Sequence record: MH221129.1
Reading direction: 5' to 3' (one strand)
Length of the DNA: 64,000 nucleotides
Shown: in pieces, positions 18,818-27,864 of the stretch
Numbering within the stretch: the stretch's first letter is position 1
Layout of the letters: each line of letters begins with the position of its first letter
The notes under the pieces: model-generated
Database searches by the model: none
Seen by the model: the letters and a program-made list of their open reading frames with translations, nothing else
What the model was told of the DNA's origin: nothing
Program-made: the position numbers and the translations under genes

Positions 18818-19359
18818 TAGCTGTTCCTCTTCACCCAGGCTTGCACTGCCGCTTCAAAGCCTTCGTGTTCGATACCGAGGCGTTTCATTGCTAACATAGT
18901 GTTTAGCGCATTCGTAATTTCTTCACGGAAGCGATGGTCATCCATCTTACGCCAAACCTTGTCAGGACTAATCCCGAACACCTGGAACAGATACGCTTCG
19001 CGCAGCATAGCAGTGCGATAATAGCGTGGCTTCATCAGTGCGATTTGAACAACGGGGGTTAAGTCGAGTAGATGGCAAACGATAGTGGTTGGCGTACCGT
19101 TAACTCTATCGCGGCCAAACAGCATGGAATACCAGTTGACGGAACGAAGTATCTCGTCCTTTTCATCCATCAGGCTACTCATGGCCGGCGAGTCAGCCGA
19201 TGCCCACCAACTTGACATTGCCGGACGGGTCATACCACGATTCAGCGGTGCGATCGTGTTGATGCTATTTAACGGGACGGTTTCAAAGACATGCCGATAT
19301 TCTTTCGCTGTCTCATCCCAGGCGAATTCAATTTTTTGTTCGCGAATAGCTGTGGTCAT
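18817..19359 (-). CDS. Hypothetical protein (180 aa)
   Basis: AAGGAG RBS. Confidence 0.75.
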   Translation of the reverse strand: MTTAIREQKIEFAWDETAKEYRHVFETVPLNSINTIAPLNRGMTRPAMSSWWASADSPAMSSLMDEKDEILRSVNWYSMLFGRDRVNGTPTTIVCHLLDLTPVVQIALMKPRYYRTAMLREAYLFQVFGISPDKVWRKMDDHRFREEITNALNTMLAMKRLGIEHEGFEAAVQAWVKRNS

Positions 19360-19370
19360 TCTAATGCTCC

Positions 19371-19586
19371 TTAGGGTAAAATAGCCTCCCGTTCAAACGG
19401 TTGAGGCTCAGGCAACGTACCGAGTGCTGCCTTGATGCAGGTATTTAACGGTGTACCAGAGAAAGTCACACGACCAATGGTACCGACGTTTACATGTGCA
19501 CGAACAGGAAGGAATTCCTTCACGCGCTCGTACTCAGCCCAACAGATATCTGTATTTAAAGCTGAAAACCCTGGGCGGTTAAACAT
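19371..19586 (-). CDS. Hypothetical protein (71 aa)
   Basis: GAGGAG RBS lying inside a hairpin arm. Confidence 0.65.
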   Translation of the reverse strand: MFNRPGFSALNTDICWAEYERVKEFLPVRAHVNVGTIGRVTFSGTPLNTCIKAALGTLPEPQPFEREAILP

Positions 19587-19591
19587 AAATA

Positions 19592-19646
19592 GCTCTCCTC
19601 ACGTAAAATTACCCCGCTCATAGTGAGGTAATCTGGTGAGGAGAGC
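19592..19646 (-). promoter_or_regulatory. Long imperfect hairpin that would sequester the RBS of 19371..19586
   Basis: GCTCTCCTCAC/GTGAGGAGAGC 11-bp outer stem plus inner ATTACC/GGTAAT. Confidence 0.5.
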
Positions 19647-19655
19647 GAGTACGGG

Positions 19656-20150
19656 CTAAGCTACTTCAGCCCCTACGGCATCAGCCGTTTCAACGTTGGT
19701 TTGTACCAACTTGGTGAACTCCAACCACTGCCCATCAGGCGAGACGGTTTTGTTAAAGCCACGCGCTGTAAAGAACGCCACGCCAGACTCTTGAGCAGCG
19801 TAGATTCCTCCGTATGCGCTGCTGAACTCTTCCCGAGTTTTAAGCACATCGAACAACTGAGTCATCACTTTGCGACGACGTGCCATTTCAGACACATACA
19901 TCGAGCGAAACTTCAGTACCCCGCTAATTACACGATACAAACAATAGCCAACGGGGGTGTCACCTTCTAAAGCAATCGCCGCACGATTACCAGCCAACAA
20001 CTTCTCGATGGAGAGCATTGGTACTTCACCCTTCTCGATCTGCAGAACATTACGCTGATGGTTTAAGAACTTATAATGTAAAGCCAACAGCTGTTTGTTT
20101 TGTGCGTCGGTTAAATCAGAAGAGGAGGAAAGAATGACAATTTCGGCCAT
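19656..20150 (-). CDS. GNAT-family acetyltransferase
   Basis: IALEGDTPVGYC..., MYVSEMARRRKVMTQL (motif A-like), AFFTARGF (motif B-like). Confidence 0.7.
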   Translation of the reverse strand: MAEIVILSSSSDLTDAQNKQLLALHYKFLNHQRNVLQIEKGEVPMLSIEKLLAGNRAAIALEGDTPVGYCLYRVISGVLKFRSMYVSEMARRRKVMTQLFDVLKTREEFSSAYGGIYAAQESGVAFFTARGFNKTVSPDGQWLEFTKLVQTNVETADAVGAEVA

Positions 20151-20293
20151 GAGGATATTCCTGAGATTTGCTTATTCATGCCACTGAATAAACGAGTTAA
20201 CGAAAATGTGTATGTCTTAAGTCTACCGGTGTTGTTTGGCAGTAACGATAACTGCCGCAGGTGAGAATTCGTTCTCTTTACGGAACGATATTC

Positions 20294-20545
20294 TTAGCAT
20301 CGTCGCTGAAAGCGACGTGATGCTGAGGTAACCTTTTGACGCCACATTCTCTCATGGCGGCGTTGATTACCACGCCAGTCTTCAATATCCAGGCGTGAAA
20401 CTGCTTCTACATCCTGACACGGTTCGCTGTCAATAATTTCTGCCAGCGGGTAGGGCCTCCCTAACATCCCGATGGGAATACCACAACCAAGAACCCGTAT
20501 CTTCGTTCTATCTTCTTCATCTGTCTTACACGTTGAATCTCCCAC
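20294..20545 (-). CDS. Hypothetical protein (83 aa, GTG start)
   Basis: GGGAGG RBS. Confidence 0.6.
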   Translation of the reverse strand: MGDSTCKTDEEDRTKIRVLGCGIPIGMLGRPYPLAEIIDSEPCQDVEAVSRLDIEDWRGNQRRHERMWRQKVTSASRRFQRRC

Positions 20546-20559
20546 TTATCCTCCCGTTG

Positions 20560-20673
20560 TTAAAACCAACCTTGCGTCAATGCAATGATTGCCCCAATAC
20601 CGAACGATACTAATGATGCCACGACCAGCACCCCGTAAGCTATCGTTCGACCCACAAACATTAAAAAAGCCAT
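20560..20673 (-). CDS. Tiny membrane protein (37 aa, MAFLMFVGRTIAYGVLVVASLVSFGIGAIIALTQGWF)
   Basis: Read manually; below the ORF-track cutoff; overlaps the upstream ORF's 3' end. Confidence 0.55.
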   Translation of the reverse strand: MAFLMFVGRTIAYGVLVVASLVSFGIGAIIALTQGWF

Positions 20674-20792
20674 GCCGCTAATACCGCCCCTATCCCGCAG
20701 ATAACCAGCGTAATAATAACATCAGTCCAGGACGCACCCTCGTACGCCCCAGTAGCAATCAAAACTGCATTAACTGTGTTCACGGTTGTCAT
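20661..20792 (-). CDS. Tiny membrane protein (43 aa, ...WTDVIITLVICGIGAVLAAWLF)
   Basis: Read manually; one TM helix; overlapped by neighbours. Confidence 0.5.
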   Translation of the reverse strand: MTTVNTVNAVLIATGAYEGASWTDVIITLVICGIGAVLAAWLF

Positions 20793-20976
20793 AGGCCGGG
20801 TCCCTCAATAACGGCGGCTGACAGCTTAGACGCCCGAAGTACATCCCTTCAAGGAAGACTAAGAACATTAAAAACCAAAACGGTGGCGTCGCCCGTGCCA
20901 GGAAAATTCCTAGCACCACAACAACGTGCAGGCACACAACCGCACAGAACTTTAATCGTGACTTACGTTTTGCCAT
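20770..20976 (-). CDS. Small membrane protein (68 aa, start MAKRKSRL)
   Basis: Basic N-terminus followed by two hydrophobic stretches. Confidence 0.6.
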   Translation of the reverse strand: MAKRKSRLKFCAVVCLHVVVVLGIFLARATPPFWFLMFLVFLEGMYFGRLSCQPPLLRDPAYDNREHS

Positions 20977-21067
20977 GGAAAGCCCAACCTTTGGTTCGGA
21001 TAATCCAGTTCCACCCGCCACGAATTAAATACAACGCGACACCTGTTAATACAACGCCTTCAATCAT
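20963..21067 (-). CDS. Tiny membrane protein (34 aa, MIEGVVLTGVALYLIRGGWNWIIRTKGWAFHGKT)
   Basis: Read manually; GGGGG RBS; overlaps both neighbours. Confidence 0.5.
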   Translation of the reverse strand: MIEGVVLTGVALYLIRGGWNWIIRTKGWAFHGKT

Positions 21068-21260
21068 GATTGCCCCCATAATCCCGCCACTCGCAACGGC
21101 CGTCGAACAAGCGGTCCCTAATCGCCGCTAATCCATAGACAATCGCTGCGAATGTCACGGTTACACAACAGAAAACTACGTAGCTAATTACGACCAAGAA
21201 CTTAGCTACGTAGAATAACCAATAAAGCGCTAAGCGCCAACCCTTATGCTGCGTCTGCAT
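21060..21260 (-). CDS. Small membrane protein (66 aa)
   Basis: AAGGAG RBS inside the sbcC 3' end; long hydrophobic segment. Confidence 0.6.
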   Translation of the reverse strand: MQTQHKGWRLALYWLFYVAKFLVVISYVVFCCVTVTFAAIVYGLAAIRDRLFDGRCEWRDYGGNHD

Positions 21261-23763
21261 ATTTGATTTTTACTCCTTCGTTATACACCGCTGGAAGTGT
21301 GACTCCCTCTGGTTCAATGACGCAGTATGTCGCTTCATTCAGCTTTGAGTGCACTTCAGCTTCGTGAGAAACGACCAACAACTGTGAGAATTCACCACTG
21401 TTCGCCAACGACTTAATAAAGCCGACCAAGCGATTACGGTGTTCCTCATCCATGCCTTCCGAGGGTTCATCCAATAACAAAGGGTATTGTTGTAAACCAA
21501 GTGCCTTATACGCTGTTAAACGGAACATCATGTTAAAGATAATGCGTTGAGCTTTAGACCCTTTCTTCACGTCCGGCACCAGTTCATCGTGGTCTTTCAG
21601 CCGTACAGGGAAGGTATAATCCATATCCCCTTCGGTTAAGTCACACGGAATCACTTGCATCGAATATGACCACACCAGCTCGATATAGTGGTTCATCAAA
21701 TCGGTGATACGCATAATCGCCAAATAGAAGTAACGACGCAGAATCCCCTTTTCTGGAGACAAAGCGTTGATAATCAATTTGGTGTGTTGATGCTCGTTCA
21801 TCAGCTCGTCTTGTTCTTTCTCTAACTCACCCAAGCGTGCGATTGCCGACTCCATCTGTCGAAAACGTTCGCGAGCCGATGTATACGCATCCAGCTTACC
21901 TTCACGCTGCTGCAACAGATTACGCACAACCACGTTATTTAACGAGGTGCCCATGTCAGCGGTCAACAGCCCGAAGTTGGTTTGGAACTGTTCGATGGCT
22001 TGCTTGGTTTTTGTCAGATAATCGATTTGACGTGCCACGGCATTTGCTTCGTTACGCGCCGTCGTCTGGTTTGCTTGTGCAGCATCGAGACGTTGTCGTA
22101 CGTGGGCAATTTTCTGGCCTAGCGCCCCGTCAACATTCCCGATAGCCGCAACCGCATTTGCCCATTCCCGTTCAGCAGTGATTAGCTGTTCACGTTGACG
22201 CAAGCAACGAGGAGCTGCCTCTAACTCTTGACCAAACATCGCAGCCAGTGAGCCGTACAGATGACGGTTGGTTGTAAAGACGTCACGTTCCTGGAGTTTA
22301 CGGAAGAACAGGCCCAGAACTGGGTCTTTAGAGTACGTCATGATAATCTCACGAATAACCCGGAGACTACTGACGTCTTCTTCAACTTCTTTACGGTCAC
22401 GCATCAAACCTTCTAACTCGGCAACCAGCTGACGTTTCCAGTCTTCGTTATCGTTAATGGCTTTTTCAATCTCTTGGAGAGACTTACGGACGCCTGGGCG
22501 AAAACGGAAGTTACATTTCGGACAATCCACTTCACTGGTGTCCATGAAATGTTGACGCTCATGATACAAACCGTGAAGCACATTCTCACAGCGCTGTCGA
22601 CGTTCAGCTAAGCCCGCAGACAATGCATCCATCTGCAAGAGTTTCTTTTCCAGTACCCCTAAACGCTCTGGGGACTTTACCTGATCAAGATGCTGCGTTA
22701 GTGGCAGATTCCAGTTACGCGCATCTGCACTGGCGGCGGCAATCATATCCGCGGTAATGCGAGTACCTTCAAACAGTTCAGGGAACAACCACTGCTGCGA
22801 ATCAAACGCTGCAATCTCTTCCTTCAAACGTTCAATGGTTTCTTTTAGCCCGGTGTGATTTCGCATCAAATAATCTTGCCGGGTTTCTTCATCCAGTAAA
22901 TGAGAGAGTTCTTTATTCAGCATCACCACTTCAGTTTCAGCCGAAGCGGCTTGTTCTCGCCAAACCATCTCAACGCGCTTCTGCGCGTCTATCATCACAT
23001 CATCGGGTAACGCACCCTGGCGCTCCATAATGAGCTTCACAGCAGGCTGTAGCGCGTTTAAACGGCGTTGGATGCTATCAAGCGAGACGCTGTTGTCTAA
23101 ACGATTGCGAGACTCGATTTGTTTGTTCAAATCCTGCAACTCGCGGTCGAGTTCAACAAGTCGTTCCTCTAAACGGGTTTTATCGGCTTCATCTTCGACG
23201 ACCCGCATTTTTGCTTCGGCAATTTTCTTCCCGACATGCTCAACAGCGCCGTTAAGACTACTGGCGTGTTTGCGGAGCTTGCGATAGAGACCAACAGCGT
23301 ACGTCAAATCGGACGCCGACATTAACGTAAACCATTTACGACGGACTTCGGTTGATGCATCAGTTAACAACACTTCACCGTTAATGAGTTCTTTGATTTC
23401 TTTGGTGATGCCTGTTAGTTGTTCAACCATCGAGTTGTAGACTTTGCTGTTTACAGCGTTAACAACGATGGTGCCTTTAGAAAGGTTTTCAATGGTGCAA
23501 GATAACGATGAGCCCCGACGAAGGACTTCGAACTTAAAGCGGTCGTCCCCAACAACACAAAAGTTAGTGTACGATCCACCTTCACGAAATTCTGATTTTG
23601 CTGGTGCAAGAGGAAGGAAAACTGAGAGGAGGCTTGTCTTACCACAACCGTTACCACCGAGTATGATGGTAACTAAAGATTTCAGGGTAAAGTCGAAGGT
23701 CTCGATCTCATGCAACCCCATGCCGGTAAATCCTTTCAAAATGATACGTTCGACCTTGAGCAT
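21244..23763 (-). CDS. sbcC: SbcC/Rad50-like SMC ATPase
   Basis: Walker A GGNGCGKTS, central CPKC zinc hook within coiled coils, signature variant KGSKAQ, Walker B LLLDEPSEGMD, H-switch VVSH. Confidence 0.9.
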   Translation of the reverse strand: MLKVERIILKGFTGMGLHEIETFDFTLKSLVTIILGGNGCGKTSLLSVFLPLAPAKSEFREGGSYTNFCVVGDDRFKFEVLRRGSSLSCTIENLSKGTIVVNAVNSKVYNSMVEQLTGITKEIKELINGEVLLTDASTEVRRKWFTLMSASDLTYAVGLYRKLRKHASSLNGAVEHVGKKIAEAKMRVVEDEADKTRLEERLVELDRELQDLNKQIESRNRLDNSVSLDSIQRRLNALQPAVKLIMERQGALPDDVMIDAQKRVEMVWREQAASAETEVVMLNKELSHLLDEETRQDYLMRNHTGLKETIERLKEEIAAFDSQQWLFPELFEGTRITADMIAAASADARNWNLPLTQHLDQVKSPERLGVLEKKLLQMDALSAGLAERRQRCENVLHGLYHERQHFMDTSEVDCPKCNFRFRPGVRKSLQEIEKAINDNEDWKRQLVAELEGLMRDRKEVEEDVSSLRVIREIIMTYSKDPVLGLFFRKLQERDVFTTNRHLYGSLAAMFGQELEAAPRCLRQREQLITAEREWANAVAAIGNVDGALGQKIAHVRQRLDAAQANQTTARNEANAVARQIDYLTKTKQAIEQFQTNFGLLTADMGTSLNNVVVRNLLQQREGKLDAYTSARERFRQMESAIARLGELEKEQDELMNEHQHTKLIINALSPEKGILRRYFYLAIMRITDLMNHYIELVWSYSMQVIPCDLTEGDMDYTFPVRLKDHDELVPDVKKGSKAQRIIFNMMFRLTAYKALGLQQYPLLLDEPSEGMDEEHRNRLVGFIKSLANSGEFSQLLVVSHEAEVHSKLNEATYCVIEPEGVTLPAVYNEGVKIKYADAA

Positions 23764-23828
23764 GATTGCCTTCTAATGAAAAAGTATTAGTCATTCATAT
23801 CCAAAAGGTCAAGCGTAAAAAATAGAGT

Positions 23829-23848
23829 TGGAACCCCGAAGGGTTCCA
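23829..23848 (-). terminator. Intrinsic terminator with cUUCGg loop
   Basis: TGGAACCC-TTCG-GGGTTCCA on minus strand followed by U-rich tail. Confidence 0.8.
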
Positions 23849-23856
23849 GGTACTGA

Positions 23857-24483
23857 TTAGCGTGGGGTGTACTTCTGATGACCGATGGATTTCCAGAAGG
23901 CGTCGTTTTTCTCACGCGTCTTCTCAATCCATGCACGTCCAGCAGGTGAGTCGATAACTTTGGCGGTTTGTTCGAGGAGGAAGATGGTCAGCTCAGGGCT
24001 GCGGGCGGGTGCTACGTTGTCCAGATAGATAGGTACAAGGTAGTTAGTTTTGATTTCTTCGTACGGTTGTGATTGGTGTGTAGCAACCACCCAACCATCG
24101 GCGGTCTTACCAACAGCTAATGTTTCAACGGTCAGTTCTTCACCAATCCAGTTGACAACTTCGGCCATCATTTCGCCGTTGTTATCAAAGAAGAATACCA
24201 GACGTTTCGGCTGCTCGACCGTCCCAGCCAGATCTAATGCTGCCGTACCGGTGAATACGGTGTTGTTCAAGTTGCGTTCAGCGTACGGTGTTGCAAACCA
24301 GTCTTCGAGCTGCTCCCATGCACGCGGCATCACCCGTGCAAAGAAGTCTCTCAGGCGAGGGTATTCCAGGAAGCCTTCAACTTCTTCTTCCATCAGGTTA
24401 ATGCGCAGCTTAGCGTCGTTGCGGTTAGCAGCTTGGCAGTTCGCCATGTCGCTGATGAAGCGCATCAGGGTAATTTCGTTCAT
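23857..24483 (-). CDS. Hypothetical protein (208 aa)
   Basis: AAGGA RBS. Confidence 0.75.
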   Translation of the reverse strand: MNEITLMRFISDMANCQAANRNDAKLRINLMEEEVEGFLEYPRLRDFFARVMPRAWEQLEDWFATPYAERNLNNTVFTGTAALDLAGTVEQPKRLVFFFDNNGEMMAEVVNWIGEELTVETLAVGKTADGWVVATHQSQPYEEIKTNYLVPIYLDNVAPARSPELTIFLLEQTAKVIDSPAGRAWIEKTREKNDAFWKSIGHQKYTPR

Positions 24484-24510
24484 GGTTAATCCTTATTCAA
24501 CAAAAAAAGA

Positions 24511-24530
24511 AGGTAGCCCGTAGGCTACCT
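24511..24530 (-). terminator. Intrinsic terminator with cUACGg loop
   Basis: AGGTAGCC-TACG-GGCTACCT then TCTTTTTTT. Confidence 0.85.
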
Positions 24531-24537
24531 CTTGTGA

Positions 24538-25038
24538 TTACAGCCCCATATGCATAAGAGAAATGATTGGGACGCGCTGTCCACGAATCGTTGCATACGG
24601 CTGATACATTTCGACGTTAGTAGAGAAGATGTCGTGGGCGGCAAATCGCTCACCTGTGGACAACTCAAGCACTTCGATAGAGTCGCCCCAGAAGTTGTTC
24701 ACCACGACGTGGTCGACCGTATTGTCTTCACGGCCTTCGGGGGTCTTGCAGTACGTAGCTGCAGCGTACCAATCTTTACGGTACACCTCGTAGCCCGCAT
24801 GGAGCATACGGTAATAAGGACGCAGCTGAGGGGCGTTCAATGCATCATCACACCACTCGCTGTGAATGGTGTTAATCAGCTCAATTGCTTCGGCTGGGAC
24901 ATCAGCACGGTTCAGGGTCATTTCACCCAGCAGCTTCAGTTTCCAACCGGTAGATAAGATTGCGCGTGTACGTTCAGGATTCACAGCCATTTGGGTGAAG
25001 AAGGTTGAACGTACGTTGTCAAATGTAGTAGTGTTCAT
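24538..25038 (-). CDS. Hypothetical protein (166 aa)
   Basis: AAGGA RBS. Confidence 0.75.
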   Translation of the reverse strand: MNTTTFDNVRSTFFTQMAVNPERTRAILSTGWKLKLLGEMTLNRADVPAEAIELINTIHSEWCDDALNAPQLRPYYRMLHAGYEVYRKDWYAAATYCKTPEGREDNTVDHVVVNNFWGDSIEVLELSTGERFAAHDIFSTNVEMYQPYATIRGQRVPIISLMHMGL

Positions 25039-25069
25039 TTAAATAATCCTTACGGTTAATAGTCGATTT

Positions 25070-25117
25070 AAAAAGGACCCCGCGGCGTGATTGTGTTGGG
25101 GAAGTTACCGCGGGGCC
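25070..25117 (-). terminator. GC-rich hairpin with large loop and U-tract (terminator/attenuator)
   Basis: GGCCCCGCGG...CCGCGGGGTCC-TTTTT on minus strand, downstream of a promoter-like motif. Confidence 0.6.
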
Positions 25118-25146
25118 AAAGTGAGACGGGTCGTTCGTCTCATGTG

Positions 25147-25164
25147 GATAACATCTGTTTGAAA
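25147..25164 (-). promoter_or_regulatory. Recurrent 18-nt promoter-like motif
   Basis: TTTCAAACAGATGTTATC. Confidence 0.55.
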
Positions 25165-25176
25165 TCTTTTCGGTTG

Positions 25177-25560
25177 TTAGTCAAGTGAAACCGAACCCTG
25201 GATTTTACCTTCCTGTTCGATAACCAGTAACCGTTTCTTGGTTTTCTGATTATACGCCAGGCTGGCTTTCAGAGTTGGGTCACACGTCACTGTGTTAACA
25301 GGCAAGATTTCCTGTGCCTTCGAGTCCAGCACGAAGTAATAACCGGCTGGGCAAGTTTCACCACCGTTCGCGTGAATCAGGATATATTCATCGTGACGCT
25401 GAATTTCTTCACAGGTGTTACTACCATTACTGCACACCTCGAAAGAAGGCGGGTTGTAATTGTACGTCGAACTTAACAACAAATCAGTTACATTAGTTGA
25501 AGCTACTGCAGACGCGGTGAAGAAGATTCCCGCAACAACGAAAGCCATGATTCCACGCAT
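25177..25560 (-). CDS. Secreted Cys-containing protein, paralog 4 of 4
   Basis: Signal peptide; YILIHANGGETCPAGYY motif. Confidence 0.75.
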   Translation of the reverse strand: MRGIMAFVVAGIFFTASAVASTNVTDLLLSSTYNYNPPSFEVCSNGSNTCEEIQRHDEYILIHANGGETCPAGYYFVLDSKAQEILPVNTVTCDPTLKASLAYNQKTKKRLLVIEQEGKIQGSVSLD

Positions 25561-25572
25561 GGAGAGTGTCCC

Positions 25573-25983
25573 TTAGAAGTTGATTTTGTTCACACCTACG
25601 TTCTTTTTGTTCGTAGGGTCGTAGAGAATGACGGTCAGGGTTTTATCCCCTGGGTCACGTGTAAATTCGGCGACAGCCTCACCTTTGCAGGTTTGGTTGT
25701 TGTTGTAATTCATCATTTCTGCCTGCCCAGAGGTCAGATTGATAACGCCGTATTGTGGGTCAGGGCAAGCGACCCCGCCCAGGGTTTTCACCAGCGCATA
25801 GCGTGCATTATCGGAAAGTGAGACAATTGTACATAGTCCGTCTTTCACGTCACTGTTCTGGCACCAAAACTCGCCGCCGTACTGAGCATCGTTTACCTTG
25901 TTTGGTAATTGAATCTCAGCAGCTTTGACGAGGAAACTGATCGCAAACAATGCGATTGAAAATGGCAGCATGAAGGATTTCAT
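25573..25983 (-). CDS. Secreted Cys-containing protein, paralog 3 of 4
   Basis: Signal peptide ending VKA; YALVKTLGGVACPDPQYGVI. Confidence 0.75.
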   Translation of the reverse strand: MKSFMLPFSIALFAISFLVKAAEIQLPNKVNDAQYGGEFWCQNSDVKDGLCTIVSLSDNARYALVKTLGGVACPDPQYGVINLTSGQAEMMNYNNNQTCKGEAVAEFTRDPGDKTLTVILYDPTNKKNVGVNKINF

Positions 25984-25995
25984 GATACACCTCTT

Positions 25996-26493
25996 TTATA
26001 AACGGTTTAAATCTTCCAGTGTCTCCACTGTTTTGTTGTTGTAATAAACGGCCATAGCATAACCGCCAAAGCTGGACTCGGAACGAACGAATCCTACTTT
26101 GAAGTTACCACGGCAGATTTGCTGTGCGTTCGCACTGCTTTTCTTTGGAATCACTGACAGTGAATTGCCGGTGTTCCGGTTGATGAGGCCGTACATGCCG
26201 TTAGGACATGTGCTATCACCAACGATGTGCACGAGAGCGTAGTTACCATCCGGACTAACGGACGTAACACTGCAACGCTTGTGCAGCACCAAATACGCGT
26301 TACAGGAGAATAATTTCCCTGTAGCCACGTTACGCGTAACGGCAGGAACGCTGCCGTTAAGTGTTCCCTGGTATCCATCAAACTCATCTGCGTGCGCTTG
26401 CTGAATAGTGAAACTGCCGACGATAATCATCAGCAGCACGGTAAATAAGACGACTTTCACGAGGTAGCGGTTAACGGTGCGAATTGATTTCAT
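25996..26493 (-). CDS. Secreted Cys-containing protein, paralog 2 of 4 (start revised to MKSIRTV)
   Basis: Signal peptide ending AHA; YALVHIVGDSTCPNGMYGLI. Confidence 0.75.
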   Translation of the reverse strand: MKSIRTVNRYLVKVVLFTVLLMIIVGSFTIQQAHADEFDGYQGTLNGSVPAVTRNVATGKLFSCNAYLVLHKRCSVTSVSPDGNYALVHIVGDSTCPNGMYGLINRNTGNSLSVIPKKSSANAQQICRGNFKVGFVRSESSFGGYAMAVYYNNKTVETLEDLNRL

Positions 26494-26881
26494 TTTTGAC
26501 GTCTCCACGATTGAGAGTGATGCGACCAATCAGCTCCCCGTTGTGATAGAAATCAACGGCTACCAGATTCGGTAGGGCCAATGGTGCGATGCTGACTGAA
26601 CTAACGGTCGGTTGCGTACAACTAATGTCGTACAGGCGCTGATACATTTTCAGCTTTTTATCGGCCAACACTAAACCCGTGCAGGTGTTCCCGTTCATGA
26701 GTTTGTAGACTTGAAGTTGTTCCACTTGTCGGAGAAGTACGGGCTTCTCATTTGGTGCGATAGCGTAATCGCTATCTGCTGTGGTGTAACTCCGTACATC
26801 TGGTTTCTCGAAGGCGTATGTTACTGCTGCACCCAGAAAAGCCAGAACCGCTACTACTTTTAAGAACGTATTGATTTTCAT
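26471..26881 (-). CDS. Secreted Cys-containing protein, divergent paralog 1 of 4
   Basis: Signal peptide ending TYA; VYKLMNGNTCTG..DISC. Confidence 0.7.
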   Translation of the reverse strand: MKINTFLKVVAVLAFLGAAVTYAFEKPDVRSYTTADSDYAIAPNEKPVLLRQVEQLQVYKLMNGNTCTGLVLADKKLKMYQRLYDISCTQPTVSSVSIAPLALPNLVAVDFYHNGELIGRITLNRGDVKNEINSHR

Positions 26882-26899
26882 TTTGTACTCGATGGTCGA

Positions 26900-27139
26900 T
26901 TAGTGAATTACTTTAGAATGTTCTACTACGATGCGTTTAACTTCACCGGTGTTAACATGCGACACCAGTAAAGAAGCATTGATAGGATGCGTGTGCGATT
27001 TCCACTGTTTCCGGGTTGGAATCACCATGTGGTCTGGATATACAACCAATTCCACAACATCCCCGAGTTCCTGACTGCAGCAGATAACTCGATAACGGTC
27101 GACGGTAGCACCGGCGTTGTTTGCGATAACTAGTTCCAT
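26900..27139 (-). CDS. Hypothetical protein (79 aa, start revised to MELVIAN)
   Basis: GGGGAA RBS; the longer ORF-track start runs through a terminator. Confidence 0.65.
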   Translation of the reverse strand: MELVIANNAGATVDRYRVICCSQELGDVVELVVYPDHMVIPTRKQWKSHTHPINASLLVSHVNTGEVKRIVVEHSKVIH

Positions 27140-27169
27140 GTATCGTTCCCCAACGATAAAAAAGAAGAA

Positions 27170-27187
27170 GGCCACCCGAAGGTAGCC
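27170..27187 (-). terminator. Intrinsic terminator with cUUCGg loop
   Basis: GGCTACC-TTCG-GGTGGCC then TTCTTCTTTTTT. Confidence 0.8.
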
Positions 27188-27217
27188 GACGTGAGTTAAT
27201 TGCTCAACTCTCACTTA

Positions 27218-27235
27218 AGTAATATATATCTGAAA
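27218..27235 (-). promoter_or_regulatory. Recurrent 18-nt promoter-like motif (contains TATTAC)
   Basis: TTTCAGATATATATTACT. Confidence 0.6.
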
Positions 27236-27239
27236 TAAT

Positions 27240-27818
27240 TTATAGTACGAATACGGTTGCAGACAGTTCAAACTTCAAAGCCCGGCACACTTTCTTCATA
27301 TCCTCTTGTGAGAAATCCACCAACTTCAAACGCATCTCATTGAGCAATGGATTCTGTTTGAGGAGTTCAACCTTACGTTCCCAGTTGGACTTGTGGTGGA
27401 GTTCTACCGTTTCAGGGACAATACCCAACGGCATGAGTTTTGGAGAAACGTACCGATGGTGAACTTTACCCCGCATGTACTTGAAGTTGGTGTTCAGATA
27501 CAATTTCGCGTCAATATACTTGCAGCGCTCTGCATATTCGACGAAGGTGTGCACGTTAACCTTTTCTTGACCCAGCGCAGTTGCCTGTATACCGTGAATG
27601 GTGCGACACTGGCTGTTTAGCTCATCGGGCCGGTCAACAAACACGGCGTGAACGATATCCAGTCCTGCGGTATGCAGTGTAATCATCCGGCTGTTGGGTC
27701 GCATGTGCTGTGCGATGGTCACCATGCTCGTCCCACTCGGCATTAACCCGGCGCGAAACCAACGTTCAATTTGCTGCAAATCGTCGTGCGCCTGCAGCTG
27801 TAAAATGCGTTCTGTCAT
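27240..27818 (-). CDS. Hypothetical protein (192 aa, start revised to MTERILQ)
   Basis: GAGG RBS before ATG 27818. Confidence 0.7.
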   Translation of the reverse strand: MTERILQLQAHDDLQQIERWFRAGLMPSGTSMVTIAQHMRPNSRMITLHTAGLDIVHAVFVDRPDELNSQCRTIHGIQATALGQEKVNVHTFVEYAERCKYIDAKLYLNTNFKYMRGKVHHRYVSPKLMPLGIVPETVELHHKSNWERKVELLKQNPLLNEMRLKLVDFSQEDMKKVCRALKFELSATVFVL

Positions 27819-27864
27819 AACGGATACCTCAAAATAATTTGAGTTAAGTGTAAAAAAAGAGGAA

